A DNA stretch of 64,000 bases from an uncultured delta proteobacterium. GTDB taxonomy: Bacteria > Desulfobacterota > Binatia > Bin18. Position 1 is the stretch's first letter. Each line of letters opens with the position of its first letter. Position numbers and translations under genes: made by a program. The notes below the pieces were generated by a model. The model was not told where the DNA came from. It ran no database searches and saw nothing but the letters and a program-made list of their open reading frames with translations. The stretch spans positions 32,001-96,000 of the forward strand of contig CAVTCR010000074.1 in assembly GCA_963733195.1 (NCBI GenBank). The letters are read 5' to 3'. Shown piece after piece: positions 10,277-21,174 of this stretch.

Positions 10277-11939
10277 TCATTCTTGGATTAACAGCCCTTC
10301 GATAAACCGCAACTCAATCGTCGTTGCGTCAACTGCGAGTGCTTCGCGCAGCTTTTCCTGCGCATACTCAGCTAAGACCTGCAAAGCTTGCGATTCCCGT
10401 TCTGAGAGCTGGCATTGTTGCGTAGCAAGGGCAAGGAATATGGATCTTTGCACTTCACTCTGTTTTCCACGCAGTTTTTTCTGGAGTATGCCGAGGTCTT
10501 TCCGTCGCAAAGGCTGCACGTCAATCTTCTGCGCCACGACCCACCGGGCAAACGCGGTATTCCATAAAACTGCCAGTGTCACCTTCTCTGGAACGGGTCC
10601 CTCCGGTAACAACTCCCAACGACGGAGGATCGCAAACCATATGGGAATCCGTTCAAGCAGAGCTTCCACGTGCTCGACATCGCTCACGGTACGGAATTGT
10701 CGGAACAGAATCTCTCCCGGAACTTTCCAGTCCACGGAAAGAATAGTGGGAGTCGGCGTTGGACACCGGCACTCGCCTCTCGAAATGGTGAATCGACAAG
10801 CGCAGCCCAGTATTCTCCGACTCTGCTCTGGAGATCGCCCGCCAACTGTCGCGCCTGCTGTCCAAGTCGGAGCGTTACACTTCGACCAATCTGGAAGAAG
10901 GGTCGTAGCATTGTTTCATGTAACAGCTGCACCGCTTTCCCCTCGTCTCCCTTGGCGACGTACTCTAACCCAATATTGAGGCAGTCATGAACAAGAGTCA
11001 CACATCGTCGCACTTCATGCACTTCGCCGGGGTCACCTCCCTCGGCAATCACAACTTGATTAGTCAGCATTGCAAGATCGTGACTAAGTGCTTCAACGAT
11101 GTCCGGCGGTACGTTGCGTAGTGCGCGGAGGAAGAACGAATCCGCAACATCAAGCAACACCAACGCGTGGTCCGACGGAACCAGGGCTTCCCCTTCTGCG
11201 AAACGTAACTGCCGCGTACTAATACGAGGGAACCGCTCAAGACGAACGGATTCAGGCGTAACAATGCGAAACAGTTCTGTGCCTCTTCATAGTCAGGATA
11301 GGAGCGGTCGGCCAGGCGAGCCGTACGCCAACGAAACGCCCCTTCTTCAAGGCTACTTTCCAGCTCCATGAGGCAGTTTTCCAAGATATAGGTGTACATG
11401 CGATAATCGAGCACCCGTATCCGTTCTAGCAAGAGGTGGAGAATTGGCTCTTCATCTCCAACAAAGCGCAACAGATACTGATCATCAAAAGTAAAGTAGA
11501 GACTCTGGTTAAAATCCGGGTCTTCTTCGATGTCGGCCTTGCGAACGATCTCGAAGTGGTGTTTGACGAGAAGCACAAGCAATTCGACATCTGCTCGCAA
11601 CGCCCACTGCGCTAGTTTCCCGCTGCCGGATTCATCGAGCAGCATAAGCCACGTGAGCGCCCGTCGATCGTCTAGATGATCTTTGCGCCAGCAATCGAGG
11701 TCCATCATGTCCCGAACTTGATCAGGAGACGCGAGCGCCAACAGCCCCACAGCATCCACCAAACCAATCTCTTTGACCGTATAGAAGAGCGTCTCGGGGG
11801 AAAGCGACTGCACGAGATCAAGGCTATACCGAGAGGACAAGATCAGATCTTGCCGCGTCTTGGCATCAACCTGACTGAGTCGAGTGACTTGGTCGTGTAG
11901 GGAGAGTGAGGAAAAGACTTCTTTGCTTGGTAGCTGCAT
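10277..11939 (-). CDS. DUF6178-like hypothetical protein, two frameshifts
   Basis: Three consecutive minus-strand ORFs form one product: TVKEIGLVDA..MDLDCWRKD, then NIGLE..FFQIG, then RQFRTVSDV. Confidence 0.65.
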
Positions 11940-12040
11940 AGCATCCTACAGGACACGTACCACATAGCACGCAACACGCCGCATGTAACACGTAGTACGT
12001 GATGCGTAATACTGTGAGAGGAAGAAGACGCATGAGATCT

Positions 12041-12937
12041 TTACGCTTTACGCTTTAGATTGTCGTCCTTCTTCTCACTGTAATGATCAATAAACGACAA
12101 CGCCTGGTCCCAACCTAAAAGGCCGTTGAAAACTTCGTTAAACGGCAGCATCTCGTGCCAATTTCCTTGAGTTGTACCGGTTTCACGTAAGACTTTGAGT
12201 ACTTTCTTTATCTGAAAGGTCGCGGCCAATATCGACGTAACCGGATAGATGACAACACGAAATCCCAATTCAAGCAAATCCTGCGCTGGCAGGAAGGGCG
12301 TTTTTCCGCCTTCAACCATATTCACAACGAGTGGCGTCTTAGAAAAGCGTTGGCAGATCTTTTCCATCTGCTTGACTGTTTCAAATGCTTCGAAGAAAAG
12401 CATATCAGCTCCGGCCTCACGATACGCTTCAGCACGTGCAATCGCATCATCAACTCCATCCACTGCAATCGCATCAATGCGCGCAATGATAACAGTATCC
12501 GCTTGGGTTCGATTCTCCACCGCAGCACGAATCTTCGCGGCATGCTCCTTCGCGGAAACAAGGACTTTGCCGCCAAGGTGCCCACAGCGACGCGGAGAAT
12601 CTTGATCTTCAATATGCAATCCCGCGACCCCGCTCCGTTCGTATTCTTGAACCATGTGGACGACATTCAATACTGACCCAAAGCCAGCTTCGGCATCAGC
12701 AATCACTGGCACGCTGACCGCACGGCAAACTCCTTTGAGTTGTATCACCATCTCAGTCAGGCTCCGCAAGCCAAAATCAGGATAGCCCAGCACTCCAGCC
12801 GATACCCCGCCGGAGTAATACACGAGGGGAAAACCGGCCTCTTCCACCAAGCGAGCTGAGATTACATCATACGCACCGGCCGCCATCAGCAAACGGTCTT
12901 CGGATAACATCGTCCGTAACGATTGTGCCTGCGTCAT
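12041..12937 (-). CDS. Isocitrate lyase/PEP mutase family protein (methylisocitrate lyase-like)
   Basis: GAYDVISARL, ADAEAGFG, HIEDQ..PRRCGH, IARID and NMVEGGKTP. Confidence 0.88.
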   Translation of the reverse strand: MTQAQSLRTMLSEDRLLMAAGAYDVISARLVEEAGFPLVYYSGGVSAGVLGYPDFGLRSLTEMVIQLKGVCRAVSVPVIADAEAGFGSVLNVVHMVQEYERSGVAGLHIEDQDSPRRCGHLGGKVLVSAKEHAAKIRAAVENRTQADTVIIARIDAIAVDGVDDAIARAEAYREAGADMLFFEAFETVKQMEKICQRFSKTPLVVNMVEGGKTPFLPAQDLLELGFRVVIYPVTSILAATFQIKKVLKVLRETGTTQGNWHEMLPFNEVFNGLLGWDQALSFIDHYSEKKDDNLKRKA

Positions 12938-13038
12938 ACAAATACCTGTTTCCTCCCCATCCTCCACATTCGATTGACAGATGAGAGAACTTCTGGGTTA
13001 GATGCGACAATTCGCATAGTGTTGCGCAGCTTAGCAAG

Positions 13039-14472
13039 GTGGAACTCATCGACACAACGCCCCCTCACCCCCTGAGCCCACGTCTGGTACTCCTTCTGGC
13101 CAGCTTCGGTGCCCTGCTTTCTTCACTCGATTCCTCAGTCAATATCGCCTTCCCTGCTATCACGGCAGCGTTCTCGCTCGATGTTCCGGTGATGCAATGG
13201 ATTGTCATTAGCTACGTGCTGACCTACGCCAGCCTTTTACTCGGCTGTGGACGGTTTGCTGATGTCTGGGGTCATCAGCGGGTGTTGGCCTGGGGACTGA
13301 TTCTCAGTGCGGTCGCGTTCTTGTGCTGTGGACTTGCTCAAACGTTTCCGCTGTTTTTGGCTGCGCGTGTCTTGCAAGGGGTCGGGGTTGCATTGGTTCT
13401 CGCTGCTGCTCCGGCCCTGGTCACGCTCACTGTTCCGCCGGACACACGAGGCCAAGCCCTAGGCATTTTTCAAATGAGTGCGGCGATAGGGTTTGCGTTG
13501 GGACCACTGCTCGGTGGCGTCCTTGTCGATGCCTTCGGTTGGCGTGCGGTGTATCTCTTCCGCGTCCTCCCTGCCGTACTGTTAGCCATTCTGTCATTTC
13601 GTCGCGCGGCACCCCTACTTGAGCGAAAGGACGGTCAATCTTTTGACGTGTTTGGTGCATTGACTCTAGCTGGTAGTGTCGCGGGCTTTCTCTTGGCACT
13701 CAGTCGAGGACAAGCGCTCGGCTGGTCCTCACCGTTTTTCATCACGTTGTTGATTGGCGCCAGCATGTGTTTCGTCACCTTTGTTGCTATTGAGACACGA
13801 ACGCCGGCTCCTGTCGTTCATCTCAGCTTGTTTCGCCAACCAGCGTTCACTATCGCTAACCTGCTAAATGTCCTGGCGAATTGTTCTATGTTTGCCATCT
13901 GGCTGCTCGTTCCCTATTACATCGTCAACACGCTTGGCTACTCTGCCAGGATTGGAGGTCTTATACTCACAGCGTGTCCTGCAGCGACGGCATTGACGGC
14001 TCCGTTCGCTGGGAAGTTGGCAGACCGGTTCGGCACCGCTCGTCTGAGTAGCATAGGCTTGGGACTTGAAGCGATAGGCTTGTGGAGCATTAGCCAGTTG
14101 AGTGGCGACTCTGGTGTTGTTCCTGTCCTCCTTACGCTTGCGCTCGTAGGGTTGGGTCTCGGCCTCTTTCAAGCGCCGAACATGAGTTTCGTTATGGGCT
14201 CGATTCCTCGCGAACAGCAGGGCGTCGCAGGGAGTATGAGCCAAATGATGCGGACACTCGGAGTTGTGCTAGGTGTGACTGGAGCAAGTATGCTCTTCGC
14301 CAGCCGTCGAGCTGTGCACGCGGAGCGACTCCACTTGCCAAAAATCGACGAGCCACTGAGCTTCATCCCTGCGTTTCAGGATGTTTTTCTGATTGCGACG
14401 ATGGTATGTTTCGTTGCGCTGGGTTTATCTCTTCTGCGAAGGAAAAAGCGAGAGTCAGTATCTAGTCATTGA
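13039..14472 (+). CDS. DHA2-type (14-TM) MFS transporter
   Basis: LDSSVNIAFP, GRFADVWG, RVLQGVG, GPLLGG and GWRAVY. Confidence 0.9.
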   Translation: MELIDTTPPHPLSPRLVLLLASFGALLSSLDSSVNIAFPAITAAFSLDVPVMQWIVISYVLTYASLLLGCGRFADVWGHQRVLAWGLILSAVAFLCCGLAQTFPLFLAARVLQGVGVALVLAAAPALVTLTVPPDTRGQALGIFQMSAAIGFALGPLLGGVLVDAFGWRAVYLFRVLPAVLLAILSFRRAAPLLERKDGQSFDVFGALTLAGSVAGFLLALSRGQALGWSSPFFITLLIGASMCFVTFVAIETRTPAPVVHLSLFRQPAFTIANLLNVLANCSMFAIWLLVPYYIVNTLGYSARIGGLILTACPAATALTAPFAGKLADRFGTARLSSIGLGLEAIGLWSISQLSGDSGVVPVLLTLALVGLGLGLFQAPNMSFVMGSIPREQQGVAGSMSQMMRTLGVVLGVTGASMLFASRRAVHAERLHLPKIDEPLSFIPAFQDVFLIATMVCFVALGLSLLRRKKRESVSSH

Positions 14473-16739
14473 GGGGGTGCGGGAGGCGTTCCCTCTTCCT
14501 GTCGCAACCGTTCCAGCTCTGCCTCGATGATCGTATTCGCAACCTGCGTCTCGGTCGCTTCAGCGCTGGCTTCTTTGACGAGGCTGTCACGGGCATAGGT
14601 TTCGAAGATCTCTTTCTTACCACGCAATACTTCAAGTAGACGCTCATCGACCGTGTTGCGCGCCAGTAAGCGATGGACGACGACGCGTCGCGTTTGCCCC
14701 ATACGGTGAGCGCGAGCAATAGCTTGATCTTCAGCTGTAGCCTTCCACTGCGGTTCCATTAGCACCACGGCTGACGCGGCTTGCAGGTTGAGTCCAACGC
14801 CACCAGCTTGAATCTGTGCAGGCAGCACACGAAAACCAGGGGTTTTTTGAAACTCGTCAACAATGTGCATACGCTCGGCAGGCGAAGCGGCCCCAGTAAT
14901 CACTTCTGGTGCTTCGCATTGCTGACGAACCGCTTCAAGGACATCGAGGAAGAATGAGAAAACCAACACTTTCTGTTCGGTTTCCCGGTACTCATCCAGC
15001 AGCTCACCGAGTCGGACCAGCTTGGCCGATTGTCCATCATCTTTGCCGATAGTGGCCGTCCGCCGCATCGCCATCATGTTCTTGGCGCGAACAGCAGCTT
15101 TGTAGACTTCTTTATCAGCAGCCGTGAGATCGACCCATTCTTCTTTTTCGATCTTCTCTGGCAACTCGCGTAACACATCTTCTTGGTTGCGACGAAGATA
15201 CAGTGGCGCAACCGTCTCGTGAAAGCGTTGTCGCTCAACCCCAGCCCGGAGCAAGCCATAATTGATGAGCTTCAGTTTCATCGCTACTTCTGGATTGAGC
15301 AGGCTAACCAAACTGTGGAATTCTTGGACGCGATTCTCTAGCGGCGTCCCGGTCATAAAGCAAGCCCTTCGAGCACACGGCACCATCTCTTTCACTGCCC
15401 GTGAGCGACTCGCCTCAGGATTCTTCGCGTAATGCGCTTCATCGACCACTAGGAAATCTATCATCAGATTGCGGCGGCTTAACGCACCATCAACATCATC
15501 GGTGCGAAACGCTTCATACGAAGTCACTGCCACACCACCACGTTCCAACCAAGTGAGCAATTCTTTGTGTCTTTGTGGACCATGCATGAGATACCCAGAG
15601 AGCGAAGTCCGCGTGCGAATCTCCCGGAGCCAGTTGCCAAGAATACTGGCCGGTGCGACAACTAAGAATCGATTCACTTCTTCGGCAATGCTGAGATGGA
15701 CCATCGCAGCGAGCGCCTCGATAGTTTTACCCAAGCCCATTTCATCGCCAAGAATGGTCTTTTGTTGGACGATGAGGTATTTCGCTCCAAACTGCTGATA
15801 GCGACGCAGCGCAATTTTCATTCCTTCGCTTCTCAGCGTCAGCCCTTCGACTTGCTGAGCAATCCCCTCGGGGAGTCTCCCTTCAATGTGTTCGCGGTCA
15901 CTCACTACGGTCGTAGGGGCCCCATCCAAGGCCGATTCAATAGTAGCGCAGTAGTCAGCATAACGAGCACGAAAGTCTTCTAACAACTCAAGGGACATAG
16001 GTTGCGGCTTGGCCATTAGCGTCGCACAACGTTCATGGGCCTCACGGATCAGTTTTGTCAGATCCTCCGACTCCGCCTCTTTCACTAATTGTTGGGCGTT
16101 CTGTGAAATCACACTCCGTCGCGCTTGATCGTTTCTCCACCAACGGAAGAATGACGATTCCTCAAGTATCGGCCCAAGCCGTTCATTCAGAGTGTGATAT
16201 TTCTGTTCAAGAGCTGCAACGACATCGGCCACTGCTTCACGGGCGCGGATTACGGCGGCAGCTCGCTGGACTAGGCGTTCACCGTCTTTGTCCAGCATAT
16301 CAGGCGCAGGGAGCGACACTGCCTCACTAAGAATTTTCTCGCGAACTTTACGAGCAGCACCAAGTACGCTTTCTGCTGTTCCCTCACCTACTCCCGGAAT
16401 TGTCAGCAGTTGTTCCTTTGACTTGGCCACAAGATCAGCCAGAGTGTGAATGCCACCATCGCGTAATGCCATCCAACGAACACCGGAAACACCTATGTCC
16501 TTCAATGATTCGACAGGAATGGCCGTCAGACGTGCGGTACGCAGTTGGTCGGCATAGGCATGTGCCTCTTTTTTCAATGCCGCAGTTGCCAAGTCGAGCG
16601 GACTGCGAGCAAGAAAGACTTCACGCTCCAGCCGCTCAACTGCCTCACGTGCGGCGACGCGTGCACGACCGCGCGAGGTAAGAGCAAACGAGCCCCAGAA
16701 CGAACCAGCGACTAATACTTGCACGAGTAATGCCAACAT
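14466..16739 (-). CDS. SNF2-family helicase with N-terminal hydrophobic segment and HhH-like motif
   Basis: GDEMGLGKT, DEAH, TGTPLENR, GGVGLNLQAA and QAIARAHRMGQ; LLTIPGVGEGTA is an HhH motif. Confidence 0.88.
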   Translation of the reverse strand: MLALLVQVLVAGSFWGSFALTSRGRARVAAREAVERLEREVFLARSPLDLATAALKKEAHAYADQLRTARLTAIPVESLKDIGVSGVRWMALRDGGIHTLADLVAKSKEQLLTIPGVGEGTAESVLGAARKVREKILSEAVSLPAPDMLDKDGERLVQRAAAVIRAREAVADVVAALEQKYHTLNERLGPILEESSFFRWWRNDQARRSVISQNAQQLVKEAESEDLTKLIREAHERCATLMAKPQPMSLELLEDFRARYADYCATIESALDGAPTTVVSDREHIEGRLPEGIAQQVEGLTLRSEGMKIALRRYQQFGAKYLIVQQKTILGDEMGLGKTIEALAAMVHLSIAEEVNRFLVVAPASILGNWLREIRTRTSLSGYLMHGPQRHKELLTWLERGGVAVTSYEAFRTDDVDGALSRRNLMIDFLVVDEAHYAKNPEASRSRAVKEMVPCARRACFMTGTPLENRVQEFHSLVSLLNPEVAMKLKLINYGLLRAGVERQRFHETVAPLYLRRNQEDVLRELPEKIEKEEWVDLTAADKEVYKAAVRAKNMMAMRRTATIGKDDGQSAKLVRLGELLDEYRETEQKVLVFSFFLDVLEAVRQQCEAPEVITGAASPAERMHIVDEFQKTPGFRVLPAQIQAGGVGLNLQAASAVVLMEPQWKATAEDQAIARAHRMGQTRRVVVHRLLARNTVDERLLEVLRGKKEIFETYARDSLVKEASAEATETQVANTIIEAELERLRQEEGTPPAPPQ

Positions 16740-16752
16740 AAGCTCAGGCTAT

Positions 16753-16779
16753 GTCATTCTGAGTGGAACGAAGAATCTC
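16753..16779. repeat. Half REP-like element
   Basis: gtcattctgagtggaacgaagaatctc matches the left arm of the 4889 and 35267 elements. Confidence 0.65.
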
Positions 16780-16782
16780 TCT

Positions 16783-17303
16783 TTAGGTTCTTTGCAAAAG
16801 CAAGTCACTATATGACACAGCAACCAAATCATTCGGTGAGATTCGCAACAACTCAAGAAAGATATGGCATTGCGCAAGCAATTTCTCTCGTCCCAACGGT
16901 GCCATCCTTGATCAATCGCTTCGATTTCCGCGAACGTTCCTAACCCATCCACCGTATCGAGATGAAACTTTACGTTGTCAATAAAATAAATCTCTCGTTG
17001 TTTCTTCACAACGACAAGAATACCGAGCGACTGAGTCAGAATCTCTTTCAACCCACTCCCGGGAGTAGTGGGATACAGCGTCACCTGCGCTTGCTTGGGT
17101 CCTTCTTGATCTTCACGTTCATAATACACAAGCGCATTCTCAATGTTGCCTTCGCGCAGTTTGAGTCGCCCGCGTTCGACCTTGAAATAGGTATCAGTCT
17201 GATAATCAGTGCCACGAAAGTCTGCCCCCTGGGATCGCAGAATGTCACGAATCGCCTGAGGATTCGCGCAACGAGCTTTGATTTCGATATTGAGGTGGCT
17301 CAT
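16783..17303 (-). CDS. Class IV adenylate cyclase/CYTH family protein, frameshifted near the 3' end
   Basis: NIEIKAR, QTDTYF, RLKLRE, HLDTVDGLGTFAEIE; the corrected tail ends ...AVSYSDLLLQRT*. Confidence 0.85.
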
Positions 17304-17476
17304 GAGGAACGGAACTCATCAAGCGTAAAATGTAATCTTGCGAAGGAGAAAAGATCACGCAACACGCATTACCGATCACGCGTTCCGTGTTGCGTGGTAC
17401 GTGATTCGTAAAAGAGAGGCTGCAATGGGTTAGCCTTACAATCACGCCTTACGTTTCACGCTATACGCACTACGTT

Positions 17477-18283
17477 TTAGCGATTGTTAAACTTCCCTTC
17501 CCTCTTCTCACGAAACGCTGCGACAGCCTCACGCATGTCTTCGCTGGCAAAGGTTGCGAGCCCGAGGTGGGCATCGGCATAGGTAATGTCGCCAGCATGG
17601 TTGGTACTCAGCGCCTTGAAGAACTCCTTAGTCCGACGCAGTGCCATTGGTGGTTTGTTGAGGAGTTTCTGTGCAAAAGCTAACGTCGCGGATGGCAACT
17701 TCTCTAACGGCACGACTTGATTCACCAAACCGATAGTGAGTGCCTCTTCTGCAGTCACTTCATCACAAGTCATGACCAATTCTTTCGCTTTTGCCATACC
17801 GACCAAGTTAATCAGCCGGGAGATTGATCCCCACATATAGGGCACGCCCAGACGAACTTCGGGAATCCACATTCGTGAGCCAGCTGCAGCAATGCGAAAA
17901 TCACAGGCCATTGCCAAAGATACTCCACCACCTACGGCGAAACCGTTGACTGCCGCAATAGTGATCTGGTCTAGCCGTTCCCACTCGTCCATTACACGCC
18001 AACCAGTTTTCGCGCCGCGCAGCCGGGCTGTGTCACTTTGCTGTTTCAGCTTCTCGCTATCAACACTGGCAGACAACATATTCATGTCGGCCCCGACACA
18101 GAACGACCGTCCTTTGCCCGTGAGAATGATGACACGAGTCTCGTCGTCTTCCTGGAATTCCTGCGTAATCGCCAGGATCTCACGCATCACTTTTTCGTTA
18201 ATTGGATTGAGTTTTTCTGGACGATTGAAGTAAACTGTCGCAATCGGCCCCGACCGCTCAACGATGAATGTTTCGTATGCCAT
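17477..18283 (-). CDS. Enoyl-CoA hydratase/isomerase family protein
   Basis: NRPEKLNP, FCVGADM, AAVNGFAVGGG..CDFRIA and PEVRLG. Confidence 0.92.
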   Translation of the reverse strand: MAYETFIVERSGPIATVYFNRPEKLNPINEKVMREILAITQEFQEDDETRVIILTGKGRSFCVGADMNMLSASVDSEKLKQQSDTARLRGAKTGWRVMDEWERLDQITIAAVNGFAVGGGVSLAMACDFRIAAAGSRMWIPEVRLGVPYMWGSISRLINLVGMAKAKELVMTCDEVTAEEALTIGLVNQVVPLEKLPSATLAFAQKLLNKPPMALRRTKEFFKALSTNHAGDITYADAHLGLATFASEDMREAVAAFREKREGKFNNR

Positions 18284-18357
18284 GCTTCCTCCTAGACCTC
18301 GGGCTTCGGACCCTGGACTTCTTTTTCTCTGATTCTGGATCCTTAGACGCTGGACAG

Positions 18358-19110
18358 TTAGTGTGCGGTAAACCCACCATCAATCACTAACTCCGACCCT
18401 GTCACAAACGAGGACTCGTCACTCGCCAAATAGAGTACGCCATAGGCGATATCCTCGGAGGTACCGACGCGTCCGAGTGGATGGGCTTGAACAAGTGACT
18501 GTCCCCCTTCTTGAGCCAACAGTCCCCGCACCATTTCTGTATCTACGACTCCAGGATGAACTGAGTTAATGCGAATGTGGTCCTTGGCATACTCAATCGC
18601 TGCGGTCTTGGTAAGAATGCGGACGGCTCCTTTAGTTCCATGATAGGCAGCCGCCATACCAGTACCGATAATGCCAGCACCGGAAGAAATATTGATGATC
18701 GAGCCACCGCCGGAGTTCCGCATAGCAGGAACCGCGTATTTCATTCCCAGCCAGGTACCGGTTTGGTTGACGGCAATCACTCGATTCCACAACTCCATGC
18801 TCGTCGCCTCCACCCCTTCAGTATGGAAGATGCCAGCATTGTTCACCAAAATATTGAGCTTGCCGTAGGTTCGCACAGTGGTATCGACGGCGGTCTGCCA
18901 ATCAGTTTCTTTAGTCACATCGAGTTTTACGAAGGTTGCTTGTCCGCCTTGTTTGACAATATCCGCAGCGACCTTCTGTCCCTGTTCGACGAGAATATCA
19001 CCAAGGACAACTTGGGCGCCTTCTTTCACAAACATTCGCGCTTCGGTTTCGCCTTGTCCGCGCGCACCTCCAGAAATCAGCGCAACTTTTCCAGTTAATC
19101 GTCCGGCCAT
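18358..19110 (-). CDS. SDR family oxidoreductase
   Basis: SGGARGQG, NNAG, YHGTK catalytic motif and NSVHPG. Confidence 0.92.
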   Translation of the reverse strand: MAGRLTGKVALISGGARGQGETEARMFVKEGAQVVLGDILVEQGQKVAADIVKQGGQATFVKLDVTKETDWQTAVDTTVRTYGKLNILVNNAGIFHTEGVEATSMELWNRVIAVNQTGTWLGMKYAVPAMRNSGGGSIINISSGAGIIGTGMAAAYHGTKGAVRILTKTAAIEYAKDHIRINSVHPGVVDTEMVRGLLAQEGGQSLVQAHPLGRVGTSEDIAYGVLYLASDESSFVTGSELVIDGGFTAH

Positions 19111-19160
19111 AATCATCCTCCTTTCACTCACCCGAGTAACCAGTAGTCAGCATTCAGTAG

Positions 19161-19331
19161 TTAGATGTGGGTGTTCAGATCGATATCAGGATTCGCCAAG
19201 TGCGAGCGTTCACCCAAGCCAGTTAATGTTGGTGTAAACACCTCATGTCCAGCAGCGCGAAGTAAGGGGGCAACACGGTTCCAGCACCAGCCACCATGCC
19301 ACGCGCCGTGAACGAGAACATAAGTTGCCAT
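19161..19331 (-). pseudogene. Truncated alpha/beta hydrolase (esterase) N-terminal fragment
   Basis: MATYVLVHGAWHGGWCW...PTLTGLGER stops after 56 aa, before the GHS nucleophile motif. Confidence 0.75.
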
Positions 19332-19465
19332 AGGGTTCTCCTCTCTCTCGGCCTGGACCATAGCAAAGAACACTACTCTCTTCCAATCCGCATTCCGCAT
19401 TCATCATTTCCTCTTGACCCTTGCTTTTCGCTCATTGGTAGGAGAAAAAGAAGCCAAAGGAGGGT

Positions 19466-20089
19466 ATGCCAATGACAAATCTTGCCCGCAAACAAGAACC
19501 TGCCTACACTGTCGAACAACTCGCTGCTGATGTCGAAGCGATCGTCGCCCGCGAACGTGAGCATGCACAGATCGTCCCTGCTGTGGAGCCATTGCTTGCA
19601 CGCTTGCTGACAGCACAAACGTTGCCAGAACAGTATTGTCGCCCGGCTGAGGGACGGGTGGCAACCGAGCATCAGGATTTCACCGTCTATCGGCTGTACC
19701 GTGGCCCAAAGGATTGCTTCAACATCATGGTCGCCATTTGGCCATCCGGTGGATCAAGCGGCGTCCACGATCATGCCGGCAAATGGGTCGTCGAGGGCGT
19801 GTATCGCAACAAGCTACACACTATTCGTTACAAACGAACAGATAATAAATCACAACCAGGCCATGCAGAATTACGTGAATCGATCGCACTCGACCTGCAT
19901 CCTGGCGATGTCGCGCATGTCCTCTCGCCTCACGAGGAGATTCACGATTTCATCAACCCAACCCAGACACCGACAGTGAGTGTGCACATTTACGGTGGCG
20001 ACATCAGTACCGAGACGCTGAATTACTTCAATCCTCAAGCCAAGACTGTCGAGCAAGTCACGCACGAGATTCGGTACGATAACGAGTAG
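19466..20089 (+). CDS. Thiol (cysteine/3-mercaptopropionate) dioxygenase family cupin
   Basis: HDH..., IH and SVHIYG motifs of the 3-His thiol dioxygenases. Confidence 0.8.
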   Translation: MPMTNLARKQEPAYTVEQLAADVEAIVAREREHAQIVPAVEPLLARLLTAQTLPEQYCRPAEGRVATEHQDFTVYRLYRGPKDCFNIMVAIWPSGGSSGVHDHAGKWVVEGVYRNKLHTIRYKRTDNKSQPGHAELRESIALDLHPGDVAHVLSPHEEIHDFINPTQTPTVSVHIYGGDISTETLNYFNPQAKTVEQVTHEIRYDNE

Positions 20090-20289
20090 GCGCTGCGCTA
20101 CTCAAAGTTCTATGCTGACCAAAGAAGGGGACAGTGCAGAGCCACACGAGCGATGGTGCGTCTGCGACCTGCTACGGCTGATATCGGGCTATTCGGCCAA
20201 ATTGGCGGCCTATGTCGGCGCAAAAACCCTTGCCATACTCACTACGAGTGGTGGATATTACAGTAGGTTTTGTCGTTTCCTGTAGGTGA

Positions 20290-21102
20290 ATGGAAATCGA
20301 GCTATACGGCCAGTTAGATGGCAGCTTACTCAATAGTTGGGCGGAAACCCTGCGCATGAATGAAAGCGAGTTCCAGCAACTGTGTTCCCTGTACGAAACG
20401 CGCCTGCGCCTTTTAAAGAATCCAGTCTGCGTTAGGTGCGACGCTAAGATACGCAATCCCCTTGCAGTTTGGCATGTCGGCTCGGAATTCCGCGCATCAA
20501 AGATTCGACTGCTCTTCGTCGGCAAGCCCCATCGTGGGAAGCCAGGGATCATCCGGCCTTCGGGTCTGATCGATCCGCGTGAGCGGGTTAAGGAGCTCCG
20601 TCACATGTCCTGGCCTTATTGGAACTAATACCGTGGAGATTTCCAAGTTGCTGTTCGGGACATCAGAACAGGGTGGGAGCGCATCGCTTTCGCCAATCTC
20701 GTGAAATGTACAAATGTGGGCAGCGACGAGGCCTCCGCAGATCAGACCACAGACTTGATGGTCCGTTCGTGCGCCCTGGACCTGGGTGTAATATCGGCGG
20801 AGATCGAGTTGCTGCAGCCCACTCACATCGTTTTTTACACGGGGAAGCTCTTTCCAGATATCCTGGAGGTACTTCCAATTGAAGGCAAGCGGGCTTGGCG
20901 AGACATCGAAAAAAGCACCGTGAAATGTGGACAGAAGAAACTCTCGTGGTGGGAGCGGGAAATCACCACATCATGGGGCAACATGCGTGTTCTGATTACA
21001 GGACATCCCGAGCGAATGGAAAAAGTTTCCTATACCCAAATGATAGCCGGGTGGGCTCGTCAATCCGGCTCACTAAGCGCTTCTGCCCACGTGCGCCGGT
21101 GA
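20290..21102 (+). CDS. Uracil-DNA glycosylase-like hypothetical protein, frameshifted
   Basis: LLFVGK, corrected IAFANLVKC, EIELLQPTHIVFYTG and GHP follow the UDG-like fold motif order. Confidence 0.55.
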
Positions 21103-21174
21103 GGAATTTTTATAGCGCGCATGGCAGAACGTGAGCGTCCGGCAGTTATTCTAAAATCAATAAGGAGGACTCTT

